Source of the DNA: Trueperaceae bacterium
GTDB taxonomy: Bacteria; Deinococcota; Deinococci; Deinococcales; Trueperaceae
Direction of reading: 5' to 3'
Assembly (NCBI GenBank): GCA_034521815.1
Contig: JAXHLW010000012.1
Coordinates: 126,953 to 190,952 of the forward strand
Length of the DNA stretch: 64,000 bases
Shown: positions 1 to 8,334 of the stretch, piece after piece
How the letters are laid out: every line of letters starts with the position of its first letter
Position numbering within the stretch: position 1 is the first letter of the stretch
Made by a program: the position numbers and the translations under genes
Notes under the pieces: model-generated
The model's input: only the letters and a program-made list of their open reading frames with translations
The model's database searches: none
What the model was told of the DNA's origin: nothing

Positions 1-506
1 TCCGCGACGCGGCGTGGGAGCGCCGCTTCCCCGAGCTGGCGTGGGTGGTGCACGCCGGCAACGCCTCCCAGCTCGCAGACGGCGCGGCGGCGCTGCTGGT
101 GATGGCGCGCGAGCGGGCCGAGGCGGACGGCCTGGTGCCGCGCGCCCGGGTCCGGACCTCCGTCGTGGTGGGCAGTGATCCGATCCTGAACCTGACGGGG
201 GTCATCCCCGCCACGCGCAAGGCGCTGCGCCGGGCGGGCCTCGCCGTCGGCGACGTCGGCGCGTTCGAGGTGAACGAGGCGTTCGCGCCGGTCGTGCTGG
301 CGTGGCTGGCCGAGATCGGCGCCGACCCCGCGCGCGTGAACGTGCGCGGCGGGGCGATCGCCAACGGTCACCCGCTGGGCGCGTCGGGCGCGAAGCTGAC
401 GACGACGCTGCTGCACGTGATGGAGGAACGCGGCGTCGAGCTGGGTCTGCAGGTGATGTGCGAGGGGGGCGGGATGGCGAACGCGACGGTGTTCGAGCGG
501 GGGTGA
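1..506 (+). CDS. Thiolase / acetyl-CoA acyltransferase, C-terminal part (5' end outside the window)
   Basis: AGNASQLADGAAA, EVNEAFA, GGAIANGHPLGASG and MCEGGGMANA thiolase motifs; frame is open to the window edge. Confidence 0.93.
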   Translation, partial: RDAAWERRFPELAWVVHAGNASQLADGAAALLVMARERAEADGLVPRARVRTSVVVGSDPILNLTGVIPATRKALRRAGLAVGDVGAFEVNEAFAPVVLAWLAEIGADPARVNVRGGAIANGHPLGASGAKLTTTLLHVMEERGVELGLQVMCEGGGMANATVFERG

Positions 507-528
507 GGGCCGGGCGTCGGGGGCCCCG

Positions 529-555
529 CCAGGCGTGGGTGTCCAGGAGAATCAC
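529..555 (-). pseudogene. N-terminal stub of a PIN-domain (VapC-type) toxin
   Basis: GTG overlaps the antitoxin stop (GTGA) and reads (M)ILLDTHAW, the typical PIN first strand with its catalytic Asp; similarity is lost after 9 codons, about 22 bp before the thiolase stop. Confidence 0.7.
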
Positions 556-782
556 GTCGACGCTTCCCACTCCGTGTCGCCGACCGGTTCCGTGGGATCG
601 TCGTAGCGCAGGACGCAGCCCCGGAGGCTCGCCAAGAGGTCGTCGGCAGGCGCGTGGGGCTCGATGCGGACGACGGGACGCCCACGGTCGGTGATGATCA
701 GCGGTTCACCGGTCCGTTCGACCTCCCGCAGGTAGGCCAGCGCCTTCGGTGCGAACTGGGACTTCGAGACCTGCCTCGTCAC
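552..782 (-). CDS. Phd/YefM-family antitoxin
   Basis: VSKSQFAPKALAYLREVERTGEPLIITDRGRPVVRI is a Phd/YefM signature; GAGGAGG RBS precedes GTG at 782. Confidence 0.88.
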   Translation of the reverse strand: MTRQVSKSQFAPKALAYLREVERTGEPLIITDRGRPVVRIEPHAPADDLLASLRGCVLRYDDPTEPVGDTEWEAST

Positions 783-873
783 GGGAGCCTCCTCGTCGAC
801 GTCGATATGGACCATAGTCACGGCCCATGGTCGTTTTCCAGGCGCCCCTCGTTGCGCCGGCCCGCTCCGGGGC

Positions 874-1675
874 CTACCCCTTCCTCACCTTCCACACCAG
901 CTCGCTCGGCCACCGACGCGCCCACGCGGACGTCACGAAGAACGCCGTCTCCGGCGCGCCCTCGCCCGGCCGCGGCTCGCGCAGGTCCTCGATCACGAAG
1001 CCGGTGGCGCGAAACAGGGCCGCCCACTCGGAGAGCGGCAGGGTGAACTCGATGCCGCCCGGGTCGACCTCCACCTCGGTCCAGTCGACGCGGTGCAGGC
1101 CGAAGTAGGGGCGGATCAGCCGCTCTTGGATCGCCGCGCCGCTCCACGGGCTGCAGACCGTGCTCAGCGGGTGATGGGCGAGGAACACCAGCCGTCCGCC
1201 CGGCTTCAGAAGCCGCCACGCCTCCGGGATCCAGGCGTAGGGGTCGCACCAGATGGCCGCGCCGTACTCGCTGATCGCGAAGTCGAACGAGGCGTCCTCG
1301 AACGGCGTGGCCTCGGCGTTTCCGTGCACCAGGGTCAGGTCGATGCCGTGCTCGCTGGCCAGCCGGCGGGCGGTGGCCAGCTGCGCTTCGGAGGCGTCGA
1401 TGCCGGTGACGGTCGCGCCGCGGCGCGCCATCCAGGCCGAGACGTAGCCGGTGCCGCAGCCCAGCTCGACGGCGCGCATCCCGGCCATGTCGGCGGGCAG
1501 CATCTCGAGCTCGGACTCGGGCACGCCCCAGATGCCCCAGCTGGGCTGGTCGTCGGCCCAGTTCCTCTCGCCCGAGGCGACCCAGGCCCCGGCCATCCGC
1601 GTTCCAGTACCGCTGGTTCTCGAGTACGTGCGGCGGAAGCTCGGGGCTCCGCTCGGCCGCGTCGTCGTGCCTCAT
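874..1675 (-). CDS. Class I SAM-dependent methyltransferase with a frameshift near 1597
   Basis: VELGCGTG motif I; the N-terminus (MRHDD...ENQRYWNA) and the body (MAGAWVASGERNW...) lie in frames offset by one extra G; leaderless TAGGAT-N6-ATG at 1675. Confidence 0.85.
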
Positions 1676-1761
1676 GGCGCGATCCTACGCCGAGGAGAGG
1701 CCGAGGGCGGCGCTCGCCCGTCCGGGGTCGCCTTCGGCGCGACCGCGGGAGACCGCGGGCC

Positions 1762-2460
1762 TCAGCTGGTGCGAGCCAGCGCCCACGCCACGGCCGCATC
1801 GGCGTGGATCGCGGTGGTGTCGAAGCGGGGCACGTCCACCAGCCCACCGAGCTCCAGCATGGTGATCTCGGTGCACCCCTCGATCACGCCCTGGGCGCCC
1901 GCCGACGCGAGCGCATCCACCATCGCGGCCACTTCGCGGCGGGAGTCGGGCTCGACGCGGCCCAGGCACAGCTCGCCGAAGATCACCTCGTGCAGGCGGG
2001 CCCGCTCGGGCTCGGACGGCACGACGACCTCCAGGCCGTGCGCCTCGAGCCGACCGCGATAGAACGCCTGCTCCATCGTGAAGCGGGTGCCCAGCAGCCC
2101 GATCCGCCGCACGCCGGCGGCCCGCACCCGTTCGGCGGTGGCGTCGGCCAGGTGCAGCAGCGGGATCTCCGTCGCGTTCTCGATCGCGTCCGCCACGCGG
2201 TGCATCGTGTTCGTGCACAGCACGATGCCGTCCGCGCCCGCCGCCTCCAGCCGCCGAGCGTCCAGCGCCAGCGCCTCGCCCGCCGCGTCCCACGCTCCGG
2301 CGGCCTGCATCGCCTCGATCTCGGCGAAGTCCACGCTGATCATGGCGATCCGCGCGGAGTGCAGGCCGCCCAGACGCTCGCGAACCCCTTCGTTGATGCG
2401 GCGGTAGTACAGCGCGGTGCTCTCCCAGCTCATGCCGCCCAGCAGGCCGATCGTTCTCAT
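1762..2460 (-). CDS. Aspartate/glutamate racemase family protein (YgeA/RacX-like)
   Basis: IGLLGGMSWEST, LCTNTMH and GCTEI catalytic Cys motifs. Confidence 0.93.
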   Translation of the reverse strand: MRTIGLLGGMSWESTALYYRRINEGVRERLGGLHSARIAMISVDFAEIEAMQAAGAWDAAGEALALDARRLEAAGADGIVLCTNTMHRVADAIENATEIPLLHLADATAERVRAAGVRRIGLLGTRFTMEQAFYRGRLEAHGLEVVVPSEPERARLHEVIFGELCLGRVEPDSRREVAAMVDALASAGAQGVIEGCTEITMLELGGLVDVPRFDTTAIHADAAVAWALARTS

Positions 2461-2520
2461 GCGGCGCCTCGCATCCGGCGCATCACGCGGCGGACCACGC
2501 GGTGCCTCGCGCCCGCTGCC

Positions 2521-3267
2521 TCATACCGTGTCGGCGGCGGGCCGCTCCGCCTCGAGCAGCATCCGCTCGACCGCCGCGTGCGGGACGGGCGGCGTGGTGA
2601 TCAGCGGATCGGCCTCGCCGAAGCCGCCGAACCACCGCACCGCTTCGGGTCCGTAGTCCACCCCGCGGTCCGGGCAACCGCGCGCGCCCAGCATGTCGGT
2701 CTCCTCGGGCGAGAGTCCGCTGGCGAGGACCAGGAACGGTCGGCCTTCGCGGGGGACGAGGCCCCGAGACGCCAACGCGGGCGAGATCGGCAGCGCCGCC
2801 ACCTCGCTCCGGTACTGCACGAACACGAACGCGTCGGGATCGGCCGCCGCCGCCGCGCGGGCGCGCATCATGCGCGCCCGGTGCTGCTGCGCCTCGATGA
2901 CGTCGACGCGGATCGCGAGCAGGTAGTCGACCTCTTCGGAGTCGGCAGCGGGCCGAAGCAGCGCCAGCGGTCCGTGGCGTAGCAGCGCCCGCGCGGCGCG
3001 CTCGTCGGCGGCGCCGCGGGCGGCCAGGCCGGCGAACGCGTTCTCCGCGACGCGGCGGCCCCGCTCGGTCAGGTGGAACTCGTGCTGGTCCGTCTTGGCG
3101 TCCAGGACCCCTGCGAGCAGGCCCTGGCCGCGCAGCCCCTGCACCAGGCGGGCCGACACCTCGCGGGCGTGATCGCTGGCGACGATCCACCACGCCCCGT
3201 GCTCCAGTCGGAGCACGCCGTCGCGCAGCGCGTGGAGCGCCAAGGTCTCTTCGGTCGAGAACGCCAT
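2521..3267 (-). CDS. Hypothetical protein, possible N-terminal winged helix
   Basis: Typical codon usage; leaderless TAGGAT-N6-ATG; FHLTERG resembles a wHTH wing. Confidence 0.6.
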   Translation of the reverse strand: MAFSTEETLALHALRDGVLRLEHGAWWIVASDHAREVSARLVQGLRGQGLLAGVLDAKTDQHEFHLTERGRRVAENAFAGLAARGAADERAARALLRHGPLALLRPAADSEEVDYLLAIRVDVIEAQQHRARMMRARAAAAADPDAFVFVQYRSEVAALPISPALASRGLVPREGRPFLVLASGLSPEETDMLGARGCPDRGVDYGPEAVRWFGGFGEADPLITTPPVPHAAVERMLLEAERPAADTV

Positions 3268-3298
3268 CGTCCCATCCTACGGCCCGGCGCGGCGGACG

Positions 3299-3862
3299 TC
3301 AGTCCCGTGTGCCGCTCGTGACGAGACGGACGTGCCGGAAGCTGCGTGCCGCCGCGTCGAACGGCGCCCAGTCGAAGCTCTCGTAGCGGCCGATCCGGTA
3401 GGTGCCGCCGGGCGCCTCGATCAGGTAGCCGCTCTCCTCGTAGGGGGTGCCGCCGGGCGTCTCGTAGAGCGAGGTGACGCGCAGGCCGGAGGTCGCGGCG
3501 TCGCCGAAGGTGAGCGGCTCGGTCGTCGCGTCGACGGGGAACGACTCCTTCAGCGCGCGCGGCAGGTCGCGGCCGGGGAGGAAGGTGATCGTCGCGTCGG
3601 GGACGGTGGGCTCGCCGCCAAAGAAGCCGTGCAGGAACCACTGACCGCCGGCCGGAGCCAGGGCGTGGCTGGGCGGCAGCTCGATCAGGAAGCCTTGATC
3701 GCTGTCGACCCAGGCGATCCAGTCATTGGGCGTGGTCGGAGGGCCGGTTTCGGCGCCTGGCGAGGCGGGATCGGCTGCGACGGCGGGACCGACGACGACC
3801 ATGAGCCAGGCCGCAGCCAGCAGGAAAGAGCGCGCAAGACCGGTCTCGAACGGAGGGTTCAT
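3299..3862 (-). CDS. Hypothetical secreted protein
   Basis: Signal-peptide-like FLLAAAWLMVVVGPAVAA; start chosen at ATG 3862. Confidence 0.6.
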   Translation of the reverse strand: MNPPFETGLARSFLLAAAWLMVVVGPAVAADPASPGAETGPPTTPNDWIAWVDSDQGFLIELPPSHALAPAGGQWFLHGFFGGEPTVPDATITFLPGRDLPRALKESFPVDATTEPLTFGDAATSGLRVTSLYETPGGTPYEESGYLIEAPGGTYRIGRYESFDWAPFDAAARSFRHVRLVTSGTRD

Positions 3863-4006
3863 GGTCCGAGCATCCGACGTGCCGCCCCCAGCGGTCAACC
3901 CACCGCGGGTGCGATGCGTCCGCGGCAGCTCCGCGAGGCGGCATCGGACAGAAGCCGCCTCGAAACGGGGACATACAGCCGATAACCAGCGTGATAGCGT
4001 CTGATG

Positions 4007-4309
4007 ATGCCGAGCTTCCACTTCGAGCTGTACGTCGCGGGGGACGCCCCCCGTTCACGTACGGCGGTGCGTTCCCTGACGGAGCTGTGCGAGGAGCGCC
4101 TGAGCGGCCGCTACGAGCTGGACGTCATCGACGTGTTGGCGCACCCCGAGCGGGCGGAGCAAGCCAAGATCTTGGCGACCCCGACACTGCTGAGGCTGCG
4201 TCCAGCGCCACGCGTCCGCATCGTCGGCGATCTCAGCCTGACGGCGAACGTGGTGGCAGGACTCGGACTCGACGGCGAGGACGAAGGCGACGAGAGGGAC
4301 GACGCATGA
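4007..4309 (+). CDS. kaiB: KaiB-family protein
   Basis: FELYVAG, YELDVIDV, ILATPTL and RIVGDLS KaiB motifs; leaderless TAGCGT-N6-ATG; stop overlaps the kaiC ATG. Confidence 0.93.
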   Translation: MPSFHFELYVAGDAPRSRTAVRSLTELCEERLSGRYELDVIDVLAHPERAEQAKILATPTLLRLRPAPRVRIVGDLSLTANVVAGLGLDGEDEGDERDDA

Positions 4310-5910
4310 CGAAGATGGAGCGGAAGCGCGCGGAGAAGGTGCCCAGCGGTATTCCCGGGCTGGACCTCGTCTCCAAAGGGGGCTTGCCGTCCGCACGCTC
4401 CGTGGTCGTGGCCGGCACCTCCGGAAGCGGCAAGACGGTGTTCGGGGCGCAGTTCCTCGCGGCCGGGATCACGGAGATGGGCGAGCCCGGCGTGTTCGTC
4501 ACCTGCGAGGAGTCGCCGGAGGACATCCGGGCCAACATCGCCAGCTTCGGCTGGGACGTTCCTCGCTGGGAGGAGGAGGGCACCTGGCGTTTCGTGGACG
4601 CCTCCCGGAATCTGGACGACGTGCCGGTCCGTGCCGGCGGGTACGACCTGGCGGCGCTGCTGGCGCGGATCGAGGACGCCGTCGCCCGCGTGGGGGCGAA
4701 ACGTGTCGTCGTCGATTCCCTCGACGCGCTCTTCAGTCGGTTCGAGGGCGACGCCGCCTTTCGGCACGAGCTGCACCGCGTCATCGGCCTGCTGAACTCG
4801 TTGGGCGTGACGACCGTGCTCACCGCCGAACGCGACTCCGACTACGGGGCCAACTCCCGGCGCGGGGTCGAGGAGTTCGTCGCCGACAACCTGATCCTGC
4901 TCCGCAACGTCCTGAGCTCCGAGCGCCGCCGCCGCACGCTGGAGATCGTGAAGTTCCGTGGCGCGACGCACGACAAGGGCGAGTTCGGGTTCTCCATCAC
5001 CCCGAAGGGGATCTCGGTCATCCCGCATCTCGACATCGGGCACGATCGCGTCATGTCGAACGATCGCCTGTCGATCGGCAACCCCGACGTCGACGCGATG
5101 TGCGATGGCGGGATCTTTCGCGATTCGGTCATGCTCGTGTCGGGAGCGGCGGGCACCGGCAAGACGCTCCTCACCGCCGCGTTCGTGGACTCGGCCGCGA
5201 GGGACGGAGAACGCTGCCTGGTGTTCTCTTTCGAGGAGCGGCGCGAGCAGTGGTTCCGCAATGCGAAAGGCTGGGGCTACGACTTTCACCAGCTGGAGCA
5301 GGACGGGCTGTTGAAGGTCGTGAGCGACTACCCGGAGGTCGCGACCCTCGAGGATCACCTGTTGGCGATCACGGCGGAGGTCGAGACGTTCAAGCCGCAA
5401 CGCATCGCCATCGACAGCCTGTCGGCCCTGGAGCGGGTGGCCACGCCCGACTCGTTCCGGAAGTTCGCCGTGAGCCTGAGCGCCTACCTGAAGCACCACG
5501 GGATCACCAGCCTGTTGACGTCGACGACGCCCACCTTCCTGGGCGGCGCCTCGCCCAACGAGGCGCATCTGTCGACCGTGACCGACCTCATCATCCTGCT
5601 GCGGCACACCGAGATCGGAGGCGAGCTGCGGCGCGGCCTGACGGTGCTCAAGATGCGCGGCTCGCGCCACGACCACGGCGTCCGCGAATTCACGGTCGAC
5701 GAGAACGGGATGACCTTGGGCGCGCCGTACGAGACACCCTTCGGCCTCACGAAGGAGATCGGCGTCCTTCGGCCGAGTACGCTCGATGTCACGGACGCGG
5801 AAGTGGACGAGGACGAGGACGCGGAGGAGGACGCAGACGCGAACCCCGACGGAGAAGCGAACGCCGACACGGGAGAAGGGCCGGACACGGACGAAGATTC
5901 CTGGCGATGA
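4306..5910 (+). CDS. kaiC: Double-domain KaiC ATPase/autokinase
   Basis: CI: GTSGSGKT, TCEES, KFRG; CII: GAAGTGKT, SFEER, AIDSLSAL, HLSTVTD phosphosite pair, KMRG; ATGA overlaps at both ends. Confidence 0.95.
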   Translation: MTKMERKRAEKVPSGIPGLDLVSKGGLPSARSVVVAGTSGSGKTVFGAQFLAAGITEMGEPGVFVTCEESPEDIRANIASFGWDVPRWEEEGTWRFVDASRNLDDVPVRAGGYDLAALLARIEDAVARVGAKRVVVDSLDALFSRFEGDAAFRHELHRVIGLLNSLGVTTVLTAERDSDYGANSRRGVEEFVADNLILLRNVLSSERRRRTLEIVKFRGATHDKGEFGFSITPKGISVIPHLDIGHDRVMSNDRLSIGNPDVDAMCDGGIFRDSVMLVSGAAGTGKTLLTAAFVDSAARDGERCLVFSFEERREQWFRNAKGWGYDFHQLEQDGLLKVVSDYPEVATLEDHLLAITAEVETFKPQRIAIDSLSALERVATPDSFRKFAVSLSAYLKHHGITSLLTSTTPTFLGGASPNEAHLSTVTDLIILLRHTEIGGELRRGLTVLKMRGSRHDHGVREFTVDENGMTLGAPYETPFGLTKEIGVLRPSTLDVTDAEVDEDEDAEEDADANPDGEANADTGEGPDTDEDSWR

Positions 5911-6753
5911 GCAGGCGCTCGCGTGCCCCCGATCCGGATCAGCTGCGGATCATCTACGATCGGATGACGGACGGCGTCCTCGTCATCGACGATGGCGGGA
6001 TCATCCTGGCGGCCAACCCGGCGGCCAGGGGGATGCTGCCGGAGGGGGACTCCGGGCTGGAGGGCGAGGTGTTCGGGTTTCCGATCGCGGACCGTCGCGC
6101 GGTGGTGATCGAGATCCTTTCGCCCGGCGGTGTCGTACGGACCGTGGAGATGCGCGTCTCTCACCTCGAGTGGCGCGGGGAGCCGGCCCGGCTTCTGATC
6201 CTGCGTGACATCACCGAACAGACGGCACTGCTTCAACGCCTGCATCGCGCGGCCAACTACGACCCGGTCACCGACTTGCCGAACCGGATGCTCTTTTTCG
6301 AGCACATCGACCAGGCGATTCGTGAGGCCCGCCGCCACGACCACCGGGTGGGCCTGCTGTTCGTCGACTTCGACGGCTTCAAGCGTGTCAACGATACCTA
6401 TGGGCACGACGTCGGCGACCGTCTCCTGCGCCAGATCGGCCAGCGGCTACGACAGGCGCTTCGTGAAGAAGATCGCGTCGCACGCTTCGCCGGCGACGAG
6501 TTCCTGGTCACGCTGACGGAGGTGAAGGACGTGAACGAGGCGAGCATCGTCGCCGGCAAGCTTGCTGGCGGCGTTCGACGACCCGTTCGAGCTGGACGAT
6601 GGCGTCCTCATCACCACGTCGGCAAGCATCGGTATCGCGTTCTTCCCCGACGACGCGGTGGACGCCTCCGAGCTGCTCAGGCGCGCCGACGCCGCCATGT
6701 ACCGAGCCAAGGCGCAGGGCGGCCATCGCTTCTGTCTCCACGCCACGCCCTAG
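5907..6753 (+). CDS. PAS + GGDEF-domain protein (AGDEF) with a frameshift near 6562
   Basis: PAS (DGVLVIDDGG...LRDITE), YDPVTDLPNR, DFDGFKRVNDTYGH, REED I-site, RFAGDEF; C-terminus (SASIGIAFFP...ADAAMYRAK) continues in a shifted frame. Confidence 0.88.
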
Positions 6754-8053
6754 TCGTCAGCGCCGGCACGCTTGGCTTCGTACATGGCCCGATCGGCGGC
6801 GTCCAGCAGGGCGGCAGGCGAGGTCGCGTCGTGCGGGTAGGACGAGATTCCGATGCTTGCCGAAATGTGGAAAGGCCGTTCTGCGATCTGGAAAGGAACC
6901 TCGAGGGCATCTCGAATCTTCTGGGCGACCAGCTCGACATCGTCGCGATGCTGGGCTCCGGTGATGATCACGGTGAACTCATCGCCGCCATGACGGGCGA
7001 CCGTATCTTCCTCCCGGACGCATTCGGAAAACCGCTGGGCCACCTCGCTCAGCAATGCGTCCCCGACTTCATGGCCGAACGAATCGTTGACGTCCTTGAA
7101 GCCATCGAGATCCACGAACAGCACGGATAGGGGCAGGTCGCTGCGTTCTGCGTGTTTGATCTCCTGTTCCAAGCGGTCCAGGAAGAGACGACGATTCGGC
7201 AGTCCGGTCAGAAGGTCATGGTGGGCGGCGTGCTGAATCTTTTCCTCGGCGAGTGCCTGTTCGGTGATGTCCCGGAAGATACAGACCGTTGTTTCGGTGC
7301 GCTGATCCTCGTCCAGCACGGGCGCTAGCAGATAGTCGAACCGTTCGCCGCGGCCAGAAGCGAAGGTGTGGACGAACTTGCCTCGGTAGGTGGACTGGTC
7401 GGCGATCACCGTTTCCAGGTTGTGCTGCAGTTCCGAGGCGAACGGAAACTCGAGCTCGAAGAGGGATTTGCCGATGATCGCCTCGCGCTCCAGAGCGAAC
7501 AGGTCCGAGGTGGCCTTGTTCGCATAGACGAATCTGCCCTCGAGATCCAGCACGAAGACCGGATCGGGCGATGCGAGCAGAACGGCGCCGAACAACCGGG
7601 TCTCGATCTCTTTCTCGGTCGAATACTGCCTCACCGACTCGGCGACGGCCTGGTCGATCGCCTCATGGAACCTGGTGAGGTCCGCAAGCTGTCGATCGGT
7701 AACCGTTGGATGGGCCTTCGTCCAGTGTGAGACCACGCTCGCACGCAGGGCCCGAAACTCGGACGTCGTCTCCATGATGTTGAAGCCGCTGGCGAGTCGA
7801 TCGCTCCCGTGCACTTCTGCCGCGGAGTCCTCCTCATCGTCCGGCGCATGGCCTTTCGACTTGGCGTCCTGTTCCGTTTCGCTCTGGTGCGAATCGAGAT
7901 CCTCGGCGATCTCGAGAAGCATTTCCCTAGCGTGGTCGCGCAGTCCGGTCTTGCCCATGTACCTGGCAGGAAAGACCGTCTTGGCGAATGCCTCCGATCC
8001 TCGAGAATCGGGTCCATTTCCGACCGAATGAATTCGGCTAGTCCCATGTTCAT
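6750..8053 (-). CDS. RsbRD_N-like + PAS + GGDEF diguanylate cyclase with a frameshift near 7997
   Basis: N-terminus MGLAEFIRSEMDPILED joins EAFAKT...LRDHAREMLLEIAEDL...EFRALRASV (RsbRD_N-like); PAS; HDLLTGLPNR, RHGGDEF. Confidence 0.87.
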
Positions 8054-8124
8054 CGGCATCGCCCTGGCTCCTCGACGAGTCGACGCGTCCCACCGGAACG
8101 CAAGACGCATCGACCTGTACACCC

Positions 8125-8248
8125 TTCCCGTCTCGGAAGGCCTCATGGGCCACCAGCGGCGGGCGAGCCGTTCCTGGTGCCGCTGGCGAGTCCCTCATCG
8201 CGGCGCCGTCGGCGATGGCCACCGTCATCCTGATGGCGCGCAACGCGC
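8125..8248 (+). repeat. Degenerate ~125 bp copy of an internal marC segment (partner at 10571-10696)
   Basis: ggaaggcctcatgggccaccag...gagccgttcctggtgccgctggcga...cctgatggcgcgcaacgcgc occurs at both sites; this copy has indels. Confidence 0.92.
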
Positions 8249-8334
8249 AGCAGCGCCCGCGCCGAGCCCAGGGTCAGCACGTGCTGTGCACAGTTGCTCT
8301 TGCGTTCCCATGTAGCAAGCGTTCTATACTGGTT

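Noticed and set aside
7600-8053. RsbRD_N-like domain as a hidden KaiA substitute
   Set aside because: The KaiA C-terminal fold is related to RsbU_N, not RsbRD_N, and I see no KaiA motif
8215-8334. ORF-track N-terminus MATVILMARNA of the HD-GYP protein
   Set aside because: It is translated marC remnant, not a true N-terminus
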